In this document: in pieces, positions 26,626 through 36,068 of the stretch
Numbering within the stretch: the stretch's first letter is position 1
Layout: each line of letters begins with the position of its first letter
From: Myxococcota bacterium
GTDB lineage: Bacteria; Myxococcota; Myxococcia; Myxococcales; Myxococcaceae
Assembly: GCA_049322255.1 (NCBI GenBank)
Contig: JBMORE010000167.1
Span: 1-64,000 of the forward strand
Length of the DNA stretch: 64,000 nt
Direction: 5' to 3'
Made by a program: the position numbers and the translations under genes
The notes under the pieces: model-generated
Databases searched by the model: none
What the model saw: the letters and a program-made list of their open reading frames with translations, nothing else
What the model was told of the DNA's origin: nothing

Positions 26626-29600
26626 TCAGTACTCCTTGCTCCAGTAAAGGTCGGCGCCGCCCACCGGCGCGTCGCCCCACGCGGCCTCGAGGTACCAGCG
26701 GCGCGAGAGCTGGTACTGCAGAATGACCTCGTTGACGTTCTCCAAGCGCACCGTGGGAGGGCGTGCACCCAGCTCGGTGCGAAAGCCGACATAGGCGCGG
26801 GTGCCCACGTAGGTGCCGGCCTCCAGACGGGTGCCGGTGCCCTCCCCGGTGGGCTCGATGAAGAGCACGTCCAGCGGCACCGCCTGAGCGAGCGCATTGC
26901 GCAGCTGCGTGGCGGCGAGCGAGCCCAAGACCGAAGCGGCCACGGTGGGTCCGGTGGTCGAGCCTCCCGTGCCTGGCCGCAGGGTACGGCGGCCGGTGGC
27001 GAGCAGGGTGTAAATCTCCGTCTCCGGCAGGGGCGGTTCCGAGGTGGGAGTGATGGAAAGCTCCTTCGCTCTTCCGGTGAGCGAGATGTACACGGTGACT
27101 CCCGTGGTGGCGCTGGCGTGGCTGGCGGTGACGTTCAGCTCGGGGTTGGCCGAAGGGCCGGTGAAGCGGACGAAGGAGTCCTCCTCCAGCTCGAACCTCC
27201 GTCCCAGCACTTCCACTCGTCCCTGCAGCACCCTCACCGTGCCGAAGACTTGTGTTTGCCTGCCCACCTCGACTCGGAAATTTTCGGAGAGGCCGAGCTC
27301 CACGTTCACGTCGTTGCTCTCGATCCACACGTTGCGCGGAGCGTTGACGAAGGCGCGTAGCTGGAGAGCCTTCGGGCGCTCGTTCGCCTGGGTGTCGGTT
27401 TCCCCCGCGCCACCGATGCCCCGCCGCTCGCTGGGCCCGTTCACCGGCACGCCGTCACGGACGAAGACGATGTCCTCGGGCTCGTCCAACGCCTGCAAGT
27501 CCCGGCGCCGGACGTCAGGCAATTTCAAGTGGGCCTCCTCTACGCTCAAAGGGGTGAGGCTCACCAGGCCTGGCCGCAGAGCGCCCGTGGCTTTCGCCCG
27601 CGCGGAGAGCACGACGACGAGCTGGTCGTTGGAGACGATGGGAAAGTCGTCGAGCCGGGTCTTCAGGGTGAGGGCGTACGCCGGCCCTTGGCGGGAGGCG
27701 GAGCCAGTGAGGGTGGCTTCGCCGCCGCCGGCGCGCACGAACAGCCGGCTCACCTCGATTCCCTTCTCGTCACCAGAGAGCCGCAGTTGAATGTCGCGGT
27801 ATTCGCCATGGCGCTCCAACGCCAGCCGCCCGTCGAGGAGGGTGAGCATGCCCTGTACGTCGGGCGCACCCAGAGGCCCACGCACCTTCACCCCCGCGCG
27901 CACGATGCCGCCGACATCGAGCAGGGGTGGTGCCACGCCGGAGAGAAAGGAGAGCTGGAAATCGTTGGCGCTCAGCGAAGCATCTACCGGCGCGCTGGCC
28001 CAATCGAGCCCGCGCCGCAGGGCAGGGTAGGAGACATCGAGAATGAGCGCGCCGAAAAGCCGCAGCTGGCCGCCGTTGGAACGCAGGGTTGCGTCGACCT
28101 GGTGCCGAGTGTTGGCGTAGCGGTAGTCGAGCGCGATGTCGCCGGCTGAGAGCCCTCCCTGTTGGCCCAGCCCGTCGACCGAAGCGGTGAGGGCGATGCG
28201 CGGAGCGACCAGGCTGCCGTTCGCCGTCAGCTGCCCCGCGGCGATGCCCACGAAGGGGAGCAACTCTTCCTTCGAGTCTCTCCGCGCTCGAAAGAGCGAG
28301 CGCACCTCGACGAGAGACACCGGGCCGAGCTCCGCCTCGAGCTGAAGCTGGGTTTCGGTCAGACGCTCGTCGAAAAAGAGAGCGCCCAAGGGATGGGCCA
28401 GCTTCCCGTGAGCTTTCAGCAGGGAGCGTTCCCCCCGCAGTGCGTGTGCGGCGAGCGACAGCTCGTTCGGTTTGGCGTCGAGGTCAGCGCGCAACATCAA
28501 GGGCGGCTCGGTGTCCAGGCCCCGCTGCTCCACTTGAAGGGATGCGCTCCCCAGCGGAGAAAGCAACGAGCCCTGGAGTGTTGCCTGGGCGCTGGCACGC
28601 GGTGTGGCACCGGGTGTGCCCAGCGGCAAGGCGAAGGAGCGCACGTCGAGCCAGAGCGCCAACGGCGTTCGCAACACCTGCTGGCGCGAGGGAGGCTTTT
28701 GGAAGAGTTGGCGCAGCGTCCAGGGGGTCTCCAGGCGCGCCTGGCTGTCGCTTCCATCCTGTCTCGCGGTGACGCGCGCCCAAAGCCGTCCGTGCTCGTC
28801 GCTCTGCACCCAAAGAGAGGCATCCGCCGCCGGTAGCTCGCGGTAGCGCAATGAGCGCGCCTGCATGGAGAGCTCGAGCAAGGGAGCGCGCGCGGTGCCG
28901 TGCAGGCGCAACTGGCCAAAGACGCTTCCGCTGAGCGGTGCTTCGACGCCCAGGCTCTCCATGGCCGTTTGCAAAGAGAGCTCGCTCACCTCCACCTGGG
29001 CGTGCACCCAGCCGCCGGTGCCCGTGCGCAGTCCCTCCACGGGCAGGTCGAGGTCGGCGCTCAACGCCAGCCCCATGCCTGCGAAGCCGAGGGCTCCGGT
29101 GAAGCGGTCTTCGGCGTACCGGCCGTTGAGCGAGAGGTCGACGTCGCGATAGGTGCGGAAGCCGGCGTCGTACAGCGCAAGGTGGATGCGCGCGGCGGGG
29201 CGAGGCAGCGTGCCGTGTACTTCGAGGCGCGCCTCGAGCTTCCCAGCGAGGTTCCAAGGAGGGAGGAAGGCGTGGGGCAAAAGGTCCAAGCGCAGACGCT
29301 TCGCATGGAGCGTGGCGTCGAGGCGTGACCCGCGCCAAGTCCCGTCCACGGCCAGCATCTGCGCACCGGAGCGCAGGCGAAAACTCCCTCTCCCTGCGGG
29401 AGAGGGGAGGGGTGAGGGGCGATTGTCTTCAACGCGTACCCGTGCCGGAGCCCCCAGTTGCCAGCGCGCCTGTGGGTAGCTCAAGGCGAGGCGATGGAGC
29501 GTCAGCCCACGCAGGTCAGGGTCGAGCTGGCCGCGGGCGGCGAGTGCGAGGCGGGCCACGCCTCCGGTGGAGGCATCGAAGCGCAGCCGGCGGTCGGCGA

Positions 29601-31146
29601 CTGTCCACTCCGACCGTAAGCCGTGAAAGCGCCGGTCAGCCACCTCGAGCTCGTCTGCCTCGATGCGCGCCTGACTGTCCAGCGGCTGGGTGACGTCGGC
29701 GAAGCGTGCGAAGAGGGAGAGCTTGCGTGCCGAAACCTGGTCGAAGGCGATGGTGCCGAATTGGCCGCGAACGACGAGCGCGGGGCGCTCGGGCACTCCT
29801 GTTGCTTCGAGGGAAAGCTGCCCCTCGCCCGACAGCGGAAGTCCTTTCGGGCGTACGAGCTTGCCGAAAGTGGCTCCCAAGTCGGCAAGCGCCTCGGCCG
29901 TCACCTGCGCAGAAAGCTGCACCCGCTCCTTGGAGAGGCTGCCCGACGCCTGCACCCGCACTCCCGGCAAGCGGGCGAAGAGCTCTCGGAGGCGGAAGGT
30001 GCCGCTCTCCGCCGTGGCCGAAAGGCGCACCGGCCCGAAGGGAAGCCCGCCCACGGAGGAAGGGGGCGCCTTGAGCACCAGAGAGCCGGTGGCCTCGGAG
30101 AGACGGCGGCCTCCACCTTCGGCGCGCAAAGAGAAGGCGAGGTTCGAGCGGGGCCCGTCGTCGAGCCACTCAGAAAGGTCGATGTGGCGTGCTTCGACGG
30201 CCAGGGGCATGGCGATGCGCTGGTGGAGGTCGAGCGTACCTTTGACCGTGACATGGCCCGAAGCGGCGGTGGCGCCGAGGTCGACTGTCGCCTGCCCACC
30301 GCGTCTTTCCATCGCGCCGCGCAGCTCCACCGGCTGCACCAGCGGGTAGGGGGAAAAGAGGCTGCGCGCCAGCGTCGGCGATACCACCAGCGGGTCGAGC
30401 TGTACCCGTAAGTACCCGTCAGGGCGAATGGCCGCAGTGGCCTTCAGCGTCGAGCCGGCCGCGGACATGTCGACGTCGGCGAAATAACCCTCCTTCGTCT
30501 TGCGGGTGCGCGCCTCCAGCGTCACCTTTTCTCGGGGCGGCTCGGCAAGCTGTGCGTGCAGCGTCACCCGGCTGGTCATCGCTTCGCCGCCGTCGACGAG
30601 CTCGAATTCCCCTTGGGCGGAGATGTCCTCGAGTCGTGCTTCTCGTCCGCCTTCGTTCAGTTGAAAGACGAGCTGTCCCTCCGCCACAAAAAAGCGTTCG
30701 ACGGAGAGGTGGAGCCCGCCGCGCCGACGGTCATTCGTTTTCTCGCGCTTGCGCGAAGGTTTCAGCGCGCGCGTCAGGTTGAGCCCACGCTCGGCAGGGT
30801 GCAGGTGGAAGCGCGGCCGGAACACCTTCACCTCCGTCAGCTCGATGCGCCGTCGAAAGAGGGGAAGGAGGGCGACGCGGGTGAAGACGCGCTCGATCTC
30901 CGCCACCCGCTCGCCCTCGCTCGTGCGCAAGGCGACCCCGTGCACCACCACTCGCCCCAAGGACAGGTCGAGCTTCTCGACCTCCAGCGTGCCAGAGAGC
31001 GCTCTGTTGGCCCGGGTCAACAGCTCCATGCGCACGCGCTCGCTGCCGGCGTCGGAGCTCAGGTAGGCGAGCGCTCCCGCCACAAGGAGCGCGACCAGCC
31101 CGAGCACCGCCAGCACCACCCACCCCAACCGCTTGAGCCAGCGCAC
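26626..31146 (-). CDS. tamB: Translocation and assembly module TamB (AsmA-like, DUF490 C-terminus)
   Basis: 1506 aa, N-terminal TM anchor, beta-taco repeats, C-terminal FTG..NPELNV..SEPPLPETEIYTLLATG; directly follows an Omp85 gene. Confidence 0.9.
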   Translation of the reverse strand: MRWLKRLGWVVLAVLGLVALLVAGALAYLSSDAGSERVRMELLTRANRALSGTLEVEKLDLSLGRVVVHGVALRTSEGERVAEIERVFTRVALLPLFRRRIELTEVKVFRPRFHLHPAERGLNLTRALKPSRKREKTNDRRRGGLHLSVERFFVAEGQLVFQLNEGGREARLEDISAQGEFELVDGGEAMTSRVTLHAQLAEPPREKVTLEARTRKTKEGYFADVDMSAAGSTLKATAAIRPDGYLRVQLDPLVVSPTLARSLFSPYPLVQPVELRGAMERRGGQATVDLGATAASGHVTVKGTLDLHQRIAMPLAVEARHIDLSEWLDDGPRSNLAFSLRAEGGGRRLSEATGSLVLKAPPSSVGGLPFGPVRLSATAESGTFRLRELFARLPGVRVQASGSLSKERVQLSAQVTAEALADLGATFGKLVRPKGLPLSGEGQLSLEATGVPERPALVVRGQFGTIAFDQVSARKLSLFARFADVTQPLDSQARIEADELEVADRRFHGLRSEWTVADRRLRFDASTGGVARLALAARGQLDPDLRGLTLHRLALSYPQARWQLGAPARVRVEDNRPSPLPSPAGRGSFRLRSGAQMLAVDGTWRGSRLDATLHAKRLRLDLLPHAFLPPWNLAGKLEARLEVHGTLPRPAARIHLALYDAGFRTYRDVDLSLNGRYAEDRFTGALGFAGMGLALSADLDLPVEGLRTGTGGWVHAQVEVSELSLQTAMESLGVEAPLSGSVFGQLRLHGTARAPLLELSMQARSLRYRELPAADASLWVQSDEHGRLWARVTARQDGSDSQARLETPWTLRQLFQKPPSRQQVLRTPLALWLDVRSFALPLGTPGATPRASAQATLQGSLLSPLGSASLQVEQRGLDTEPPLMLRADLDAKPNELSLAAHALRGERSLLKAHGKLAHPLGALFFDERLTETQLQLEAELGPVSLVEVRSLFRARRDSKEELLPFVGIAAGQLTANGSLVAPRIALTASVDGLGQQGGLSAGDIALDYRYANTRHQVDATLRSNGGQLRLFGALILDVSYPALRRGLDWASAPVDASLSANDFQLSFLSGVAPPLLDVGGIVRAGVKVRGPLGAPDVQGMLTLLDGRLALERHGEYRDIQLRLSGDEKGIEVSRLFVRAGGGEATLTGSASRQGPAYALTLKTRLDDFPIVSNDQLVVVLSARAKATGALRPGLVSLTPLSVEEAHLKLPDVRRRDLQALDEPEDIVFVRDGVPVNGPSERRGIGGAGETDTQANERPKALQLRAFVNAPRNVWIESNDVNVELGLSENFRVEVGRQTQVFGTVRVLQGRVEVLGRRFELEEDSFVRFTGPSANPELNVTASHASATTGVTVYISLTGRAKELSITPTSEPPLPETEIYTLLATGRRTLRPGTGGSTTGPTVAASVLGSLAATQLRNALAQAVPLDVLFIEPTGEGTGTRLEAGTYVGTRAYVGFRTELGARPPTVRLENVNEVILQYQLSRRWYLEAAWGDAPVGGADLYWSKEY
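29386..29419 (+). repeat. REP-like palindromic element, copy 2 (in frame inside tamB, antisense to the gene)
   Basis: CCCTCTCCC-TGC-GGGAGAGGG-GA-GGGGTGAGGGG; reads PSPLPSPAGRG in TamB. Confidence 0.85.
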
Positions 31147-33198
31147 TTAGAAGGCCTCACCGATGGAGAGGTGGAGCGCGCAGGGGCTCTCGGGGGCGCC
31201 GGCGGCGTCGGGGTTTCCCTCGCCGATGCCGAAGCAGCCGGTGGCGCGGTCGAAGGAGAGCGGCCCGTCGGGAGAGGGAATGAGGGGCAGCGGACGCCCG
31301 GGAGAGGGGAGCCGGTAGGCCAAGTCGAGCCGCACCGGCCCCACCGGAGTCAGGTAGCGAAGGCCCACCCCCACCGCCACCATGAGGTTTTGGCGGAAGT
31401 AGTCGAAGTCGGGCTGGAGCCGCTCGATGGTGACGAAGCCGGTGTCGACGAAGGTAGCCCCAACGAATTTCTCGGTGAAGCGGTAGCGCGCCTCCAGCGA
31501 GCCTTCGAACAATCCATTGCCGCCGATGGGCACCGGCTCGCCCTCGAAGTCCGACTCCCCGTTGGAGCGGGCCACCACCTGCTGCGGCGCCAGGCGACGG
31601 GTGCCGAAGCCGCGCATCTCGTTCCCTCCGGAGGCGAAGCGGGCGACGATGGCGCTCTCGATGTCCGCGCCGGTGGAGGGGATGAGTGTTCCCAACCGGG
31701 TGCGTACCGCCAAGGTGAGTCGCTCACCATCGAGGAAAGAGAAGTAGGCCCGCGCTTCGGGAGCGATGCGCAGGTAGCCGAAGTCGCCTCCCAACGGACC
31801 TCCGCCTTCTTGAAGGGAGAGGGCGAGGAGCATCCCCCGCTTGGGAGCCAGCGGGTCATCACGCAAATCGAGCGTCACCAACTGCTCGAGGAACGACACC
31901 AAGCAGTCACGCGTGCAGCCGAAGCGCAAAGCCGGGGTGTCCCCAGCGATGAACTGGCCGGAGGTGAGGCGGAAGATTTGAAAATTGTAGGCGGGAAAGA
32001 GCGCGAAATAGGTGTACGGCTGCCACACCACCCCGGTGCGTGCGCGGATGATGTAGAAGCCATAGCCCGGCTCGGCGCCTTTCTCGAGCTCCAGCCGGTT
32101 GCTTTGGCGGAAGTTGGGGTGGAACAGCCGCGGGTGGTCGACGTCGGCGGTGAGCCGCGCCACCGGCTCGCTGCGGTTCACCGTGTCGCCGGGGCCAATC
32201 GCCTCGAAGACGCTGGGGATGAAGGCCCACCCGGCGAGCGCGTTGAGATTGAGCCGCCGAAGTCCTCCCAAAAAGTCGCGGTGGGTGTACTCGCCAACCA
32301 GGTGGGCGTCGTGCCGGGTGGGTTCGATGCCGATGCCAAAGCCGGCGCGCACGGAGTGAAAGGGCGCCTCCTGCACCTCCACCACCAGGGGTACGGTGCC
32401 CTTCTCCGGCGAAGGCGGGCCGAGGTTCACCCGCGCGGCCCCGAACACCCCCATGCGAAACACGCGCGCTTGCGCCTCCTCGCGCGCTGACTCCGAATAC
32501 CAAGCCTCGTGCTCGATGGCCTCGCGTGCCTGCTCGGCGATGCGCCACGCCTCCACCCGTGCGCCAGGGGCCTGCACCACTCGAATCTCACCGAAGCGGT
32601 AACGCTGGTTGGGCTCGATGCCCACGTCGATGCGCGCCCGCCGGGTGGCGAGGTCGACCGTCGCCTGCCCGGAGACTTTCGCTTCCACGTAACCCAGCTC
32701 GAGAAGCTCGTCGCGCAGCCCTCCCTTGAGCGCCTCCCAGCGCTCCTCGAGGAAGACGTCGCCTGGCGTCAGTTCCACCAGGCCGAGCAGCTCCCGGCGT
32801 TGCTCGAGGGGGAGCGCTTCGACGCCTTCGATGTTCCTCTCGGAGAGCAGGGTGGGCTCGCCCTCCTGCACCCGTACCACCAGCCGCACCTGGTTCGTCC
32901 CCTCAGGGATGATGTCGTCGCTCACCACCTTCGCCTGGTAGAAACCGCGCTCCCGGTAGTAGCGCTCGATGCGCCGCAGGTCGGTGCGCCAGACGTTGCG
33001 ATCGAAGTACTGCGGCTTGGCGAAGGGCAGCCAGCTCGTCTGTTGGGTGGCAATCTTGTTCTTGATGTCTTGCGCATCGATTTGCTGGGCACCGAGAACG
33101 TCGAGCTCGACCACCTCGGGCAAGTCGGGTCGTTCGGCGTCGTGCGCGCAGCCGACCAGCGCGGCGCCCAGCACCAAGAGAGACAGTCGAGAGCTCAC
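31147..33198 (-). CDS. tamA: Omp85-family outer-membrane protein TamA (lipoprotein, POTRA + barrel)
   Basis: Lipobox LVGC; POTRA (YYRERGFYQAKV); GG..MRGF loop; GVGLRYLTPVGPVRLD; ends SIGEAF. Confidence 0.9.
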   Translation of the reverse strand: MSSRLSLLVLGAALVGCAHDAERPDLPEVVELDVLGAQQIDAQDIKNKIATQQTSWLPFAKPQYFDRNVWRTDLRRIERYYRERGFYQAKVVSDDIIPEGTNQVRLVVRVQEGEPTLLSERNIEGVEALPLEQRRELLGLVELTPGDVFLEERWEALKGGLRDELLELGYVEAKVSGQATVDLATRRARIDVGIEPNQRYRFGEIRVVQAPGARVEAWRIAEQAREAIEHEAWYSESAREEAQARVFRMGVFGAARVNLGPPSPEKGTVPLVVEVQEAPFHSVRAGFGIGIEPTRHDAHLVGEYTHRDFLGGLRRLNLNALAGWAFIPSVFEAIGPGDTVNRSEPVARLTADVDHPRLFHPNFRQSNRLELEKGAEPGYGFYIIRARTGVVWQPYTYFALFPAYNFQIFRLTSGQFIAGDTPALRFGCTRDCLVSFLEQLVTLDLRDDPLAPKRGMLLALSLQEGGGPLGGDFGYLRIAPEARAYFSFLDGERLTLAVRTRLGTLIPSTGADIESAIVARFASGGNEMRGFGTRRLAPQQVVARSNGESDFEGEPVPIGGNGLFEGSLEARYRFTEKFVGATFVDTGFVTIERLQPDFDYFRQNLMVAVGVGLRYLTPVGPVRLDLAYRLPSPGRPLPLIPSPDGPLSFDRATGCFGIGEGNPDAAGAPESPCALHLSIGEAF

Positions 33199-33233
33199 CC
33201 GGCGAGGGTTTTCACCCCGCTCGAACGGAGCAA

Positions 33234-33282
33234 GGGCAAGCGGGCAGTCGACCGTTCATTGGCAGACGGCTTTGGAACAAGG
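33234..33282 (+). repeat. Copy 1 of the M64-peptidase upstream region
   Basis: gggcaagcgggcagtcgaccgttcattggcagacggcttt vs gggcgagcggccagccgggcgttcattggcaaacggcttt at 36010-36049. Confidence 0.75.
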
Positions 33283-33293
33283 GAGTGGGGCGA

Positions 33294-33614
33294 TCACGGA
33301 GCAAACATCTCTGCGAGCACCTCCAGCACGCGCGCGAAGGTCGACCTTTCTACTGAGCCGAGCCGCTTGACGAGTCTCGTTTGATTAACGGTACGGAGTT
33401 GGTCGAGCACGATGAGCCCGCGCTTGCGCTGGAAACTGATGGATACTCTCGATGGTAGAGGCCGCCCCTGAGTTGTCATCGGCGCTACGATGACCGTCCC
33501 AAGGTTCCGGTTCATTTCGTCCGGCGAAACGACCAAGCAAGGCCGCGTCTTCCGTATCTCATGTCCACGCGTCGGATCGAGCGAGACCAGGAACACGTCG
33601 CCACGGCCTACCAT
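33294..33614 (-). CDS. mazF: PemK/MazF-family mRNA interferase toxin
   Basis: RGDVFLVSLDPTRGHEIRKTRPCLVVSPD, DQLRTV..RL. Confidence 0.95.
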   Translation of the reverse strand: MVGRGDVFLVSLDPTRGHEIRKTRPCLVVSPDEMNRNLGTVIVAPMTTQGRPLPSRVSISFQRKRGLIVLDQLRTVNQTRLVKRLGSVERSTFARVLEVLAEMFAP

Positions 33615-33847
33615 TGCCAGTCGAGCTCATCGAAAGCGGTGGGAATCTCGCGGTCGAGCATTGCCTGGGGCCCGGCCTTCGCGAACGCCTTCGCCCAGCC
33701 CTCTCTTGGCGAGCGGGCGCGTCTAATGACGAGTGCGTCGCCAGCCACCTCAAGCTCGACCTCGCCTTCGAGCCGAAGCTGAGTCAGTAGAGACTTGGGG
33801 ACGCGAAGACCTTTGGAGTTACCGATTTGGATGATGTGCGCTCGCAT
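33608..33847 (-). CDS. mazE: AbrB/MazE-family antitoxin
   Basis: IGNSKGLRVPK; acidic C-terminus FDELDWQW; overlaps toxin start. Confidence 0.93.
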   Translation of the reverse strand: MRAHIIQIGNSKGLRVPKSLLTQLRLEGEVELEVAGDALVIRRARSPREGWAKAFAKAGPQAMLDREIPTAFDELDWQW

Positions 33848-33868
33848 GTAATTACCTTGTAATCACAT
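33846..33868. promoter_or_regulatory. Palindromic operator abutting the mazE start codon
   Basis: ATGTAATTAC-CTT-GTAATCACAT, inverted repeat with one mismatch; position typical of TA autoregulation. Confidence 0.7.
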
Positions 33869-33945
33869 CGCTGGCTGGAATCAAGGGACGAAGGAACGAT
33901 CGATCGATTTGAGGTGTCCAACGGTTCGCCCAAAAAGGAGGGAGC

Positions 33946-34707
33946 ATGTTGGGGTGGTTGGTGCTGATCGCGTTGGCCGAGCCCATCGTCGCACGTGACG
34001 TGTCCGTGTACCGACGTTCACTTGGCGAAGACGGCCCTCATCATGTCGTCGACGACGATTCTCGTACGGTGTGGCGAGGTAGGCAGCGGGCGCGGGCATC
34101 CTTCTGGTTCCAGCAGCACACGCGCGGAACCATGGCCATCACCGGATGTGGTGAGCGCGGGACCGTGCGGCTCCGCGCCTACTTGACGACTGCAGGTGAC
34201 ATGCGAGACGAGCCGTGGACAGAAGTGGCCTTAGAGCCGAACGTCGCACGCTCGGTGACCTTGGCCACTCCTGCCATCATTGACATGATCCAGATAGAAC
34301 TCGTGACTGCCACTTGCGTGGCACAGCTTGAGGTGGACACAGTACCCCAAACACCCAAGCGGAATGCAGCGTCCTCAAATGACGTTCGATTCTGTGCGCC
34401 GTCAAGAAACGCCAGCATCGGTCGGATTTCAGATGGTCAGCCCGAGTGCACATGGTTCGAGAGATCAGGTTCCGAAGTCTCGTTTCAGGGCACCTGCGAT
34501 CTGCACGACGACCTCTGGTCGCTCAGGGGACGAAGGCTGCAAAGGCGTGAAGACGGCGTGCCGTGTTGGACAACGGGAATGCCGTACGATTTTCCAGGTC
34601 CAGCGTGTCCCTGGGAGGTGTTCAGGGCGAAGTGGCCGGTGACGCGGTTAAACAAATGTCTCGTGTTGGTCGAGGGCCGCACATACGGCCGCTGCAATTG
34701 TTGGTGA
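33946..34707 (+). CDS. Hypothetical exported Cys-containing protein, possible discoidin-like N-terminal domain
   Basis: AGGAGGGAG SD; hydrophobic N-terminus; VVDDDSRTVW resembles the discoidin DG...T.W motif. Confidence 0.65.
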   Translation: MLGWLVLIALAEPIVARDVSVYRRSLGEDGPHHVVDDDSRTVWRGRQRARASFWFQQHTRGTMAITGCGERGTVRLRAYLTTAGDMRDEPWTEVALEPNVARSVTLATPAIIDMIQIELVTATCVAQLEVDTVPQTPKRNAASSNDVRFCAPSRNASIGRISDGQPECTWFERSGSEVSFQGTCDLHDDLWSLRGRRLQRREDGVPCWTTGMPYDFPGPACPWEVFRAKWPVTRLNKCLVLVEGRTYGRCNCW

Positions 34708-34772
34708 GGGCTGCGAGCGAGCGCGGCCTCTATATTCGACCGCCGAAATCGGGTTTTCGACCGTTGCCGCCA

Positions 34773-35206
34773 ACCGTTCATTGGCCGACGGCTTTCGAGT
34801 ACAAGGCGCGGCGCATGAGAATCTGCCTGACAGTCCTCCTGTGGTCTTTCGCAGCCATCGCCGCGCCGAAAACCTTCCGCGTCGACTACTTCCACACCGG
34901 CAACGCCACCGAGGAGCGCTTCAGCCTTGACCGCCCGGTGGTCGAGCCGCTCGATTGGCCGGGGGATTTGGGGCAGGCCTTCGACGAGACCAACTCGGGC
35001 AAGTACCTCTTCGAGGTGCGGGACCGGGAGACGACCGCCGAAGCGAAGGAGATGAACCGCACATTCCACGAATCCTTGCGCTTCCCCATGCCCGAGCGGC
35101 CGGTGCAGGTGCTGCTCAAGAAGCGCGACGCCCAGCTCGCCTTCCGCGAGGTGCAGTCCTTGATGGTCGACCCCAAGGACATGTTCGTCGACCCTTCCCG
35201 TCCCGC
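34773..35206 (+). pseudogene. Truncated, internally deleted copy of the upstream region and 5' end of the M64 peptidase gene
   Basis: Collinear with 36029-36514; ATG 34815; in-frame loss of 18 codons; homology ends after MFVDPSRPA. Confidence 0.92.
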
Positions 35207-35224
35207 CCAGCTCGCGCGCCCCTC

Positions 35225-35556
35225 TCAAAGCCGAGAGAGAAGCGCCTCGATGTTTCTACGAAGAGTCGGAACGTCCCGTTCAACGGTCATCCAGACGTGG
35301 GCCGTATCGATTCCAAAGTACGCGTGAACAAGGACGTTCCGCATGGCGACAATTTCCTGCCACGGAATCATCGGGGCGAGCGCGCGCGTCTTGTCGGAAA
35401 TCGCCCTGGCCGCCTCGCCAACAATCTCGAGGTGGTGGACTATCCACGTCTGGATGAGCTCTTCGCGCTCGAAGGCCTCGCGCCCCTTCGCCGCCACTTC
35501 TCCACTCGGGAAAGAGCCTCGAGAATGGCCCCGAGACGACTCTGGTCGTCCCTCAT
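35225..35556 (-). pseudogene. HEPN/DUF86 RNase toxin, frameshifted near 35496
   Basis: ATG 35556 overlaps the MNT stop; MRDDQSRLGAILEALSRVEK then one base missing before AAKGREAF; intact RNVLVH (Rx4H) motif downstream. Confidence 0.85.
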
Positions 35557-35846
35557 AACGGCCGTGCCTCCCGGAGGATGCGGTCCCTCATTGCTCCTCG
35601 AAGGGCTGAGGTCGTTGTCACGTCGACACGCCGGGCAAGCAAACTCTCAAGGTCAACGACCAGCCCCGCGTGGTCGAGGAGGCTCCTCTCGGGCTCGAAA
35701 TCCACCAAGAAGTCGATGTCGCTCTGCTCGTCGTCTTGTTGCCGTGCGACGGAGCCAAAGATGCGGACGTGGGTTGCACCGCGATGCGCGGCCGCTCGGA
35801 GGATGGCCTCGCGTTTCTCTTCCAGCAGTCGCGCCAATGTGCTCAT
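35553..35846 (-). CDS. Minimal nucleotidyltransferase (MNT) antitoxin
   Basis: RIFGSVAR..SDIDFLV, LLARRVDV. Confidence 0.92.
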   Translation of the reverse strand: MSTLARLLEEKREAILRAAAHRGATHVRIFGSVARQQDDEQSDIDFLVDFEPERSLLDHAGLVVDLESLLARRVDVTTTSALRGAMRDRILREARPL

Positions 35847-36068
35847 GGTCGTGCTCGTAGAATAGCTCGCTCGCGAATCGCCTGCAGGGTCGACGGCTGT
35901 GTTCATCACCTGGTCGTCTTTCTTTTGAAAGTTCTGGAGGGCGACCCGTAGCGGGCAGCTGCCGGCAAGGAGGTGACTGGGCCACGGGTGATGGGTTCGA
36001 GGCTGGAGTGGGCGAGCGGCCAGCCGGGCGTTCATTGGCAAACGGCTTTCGAGTACAAGACGCGTCTC

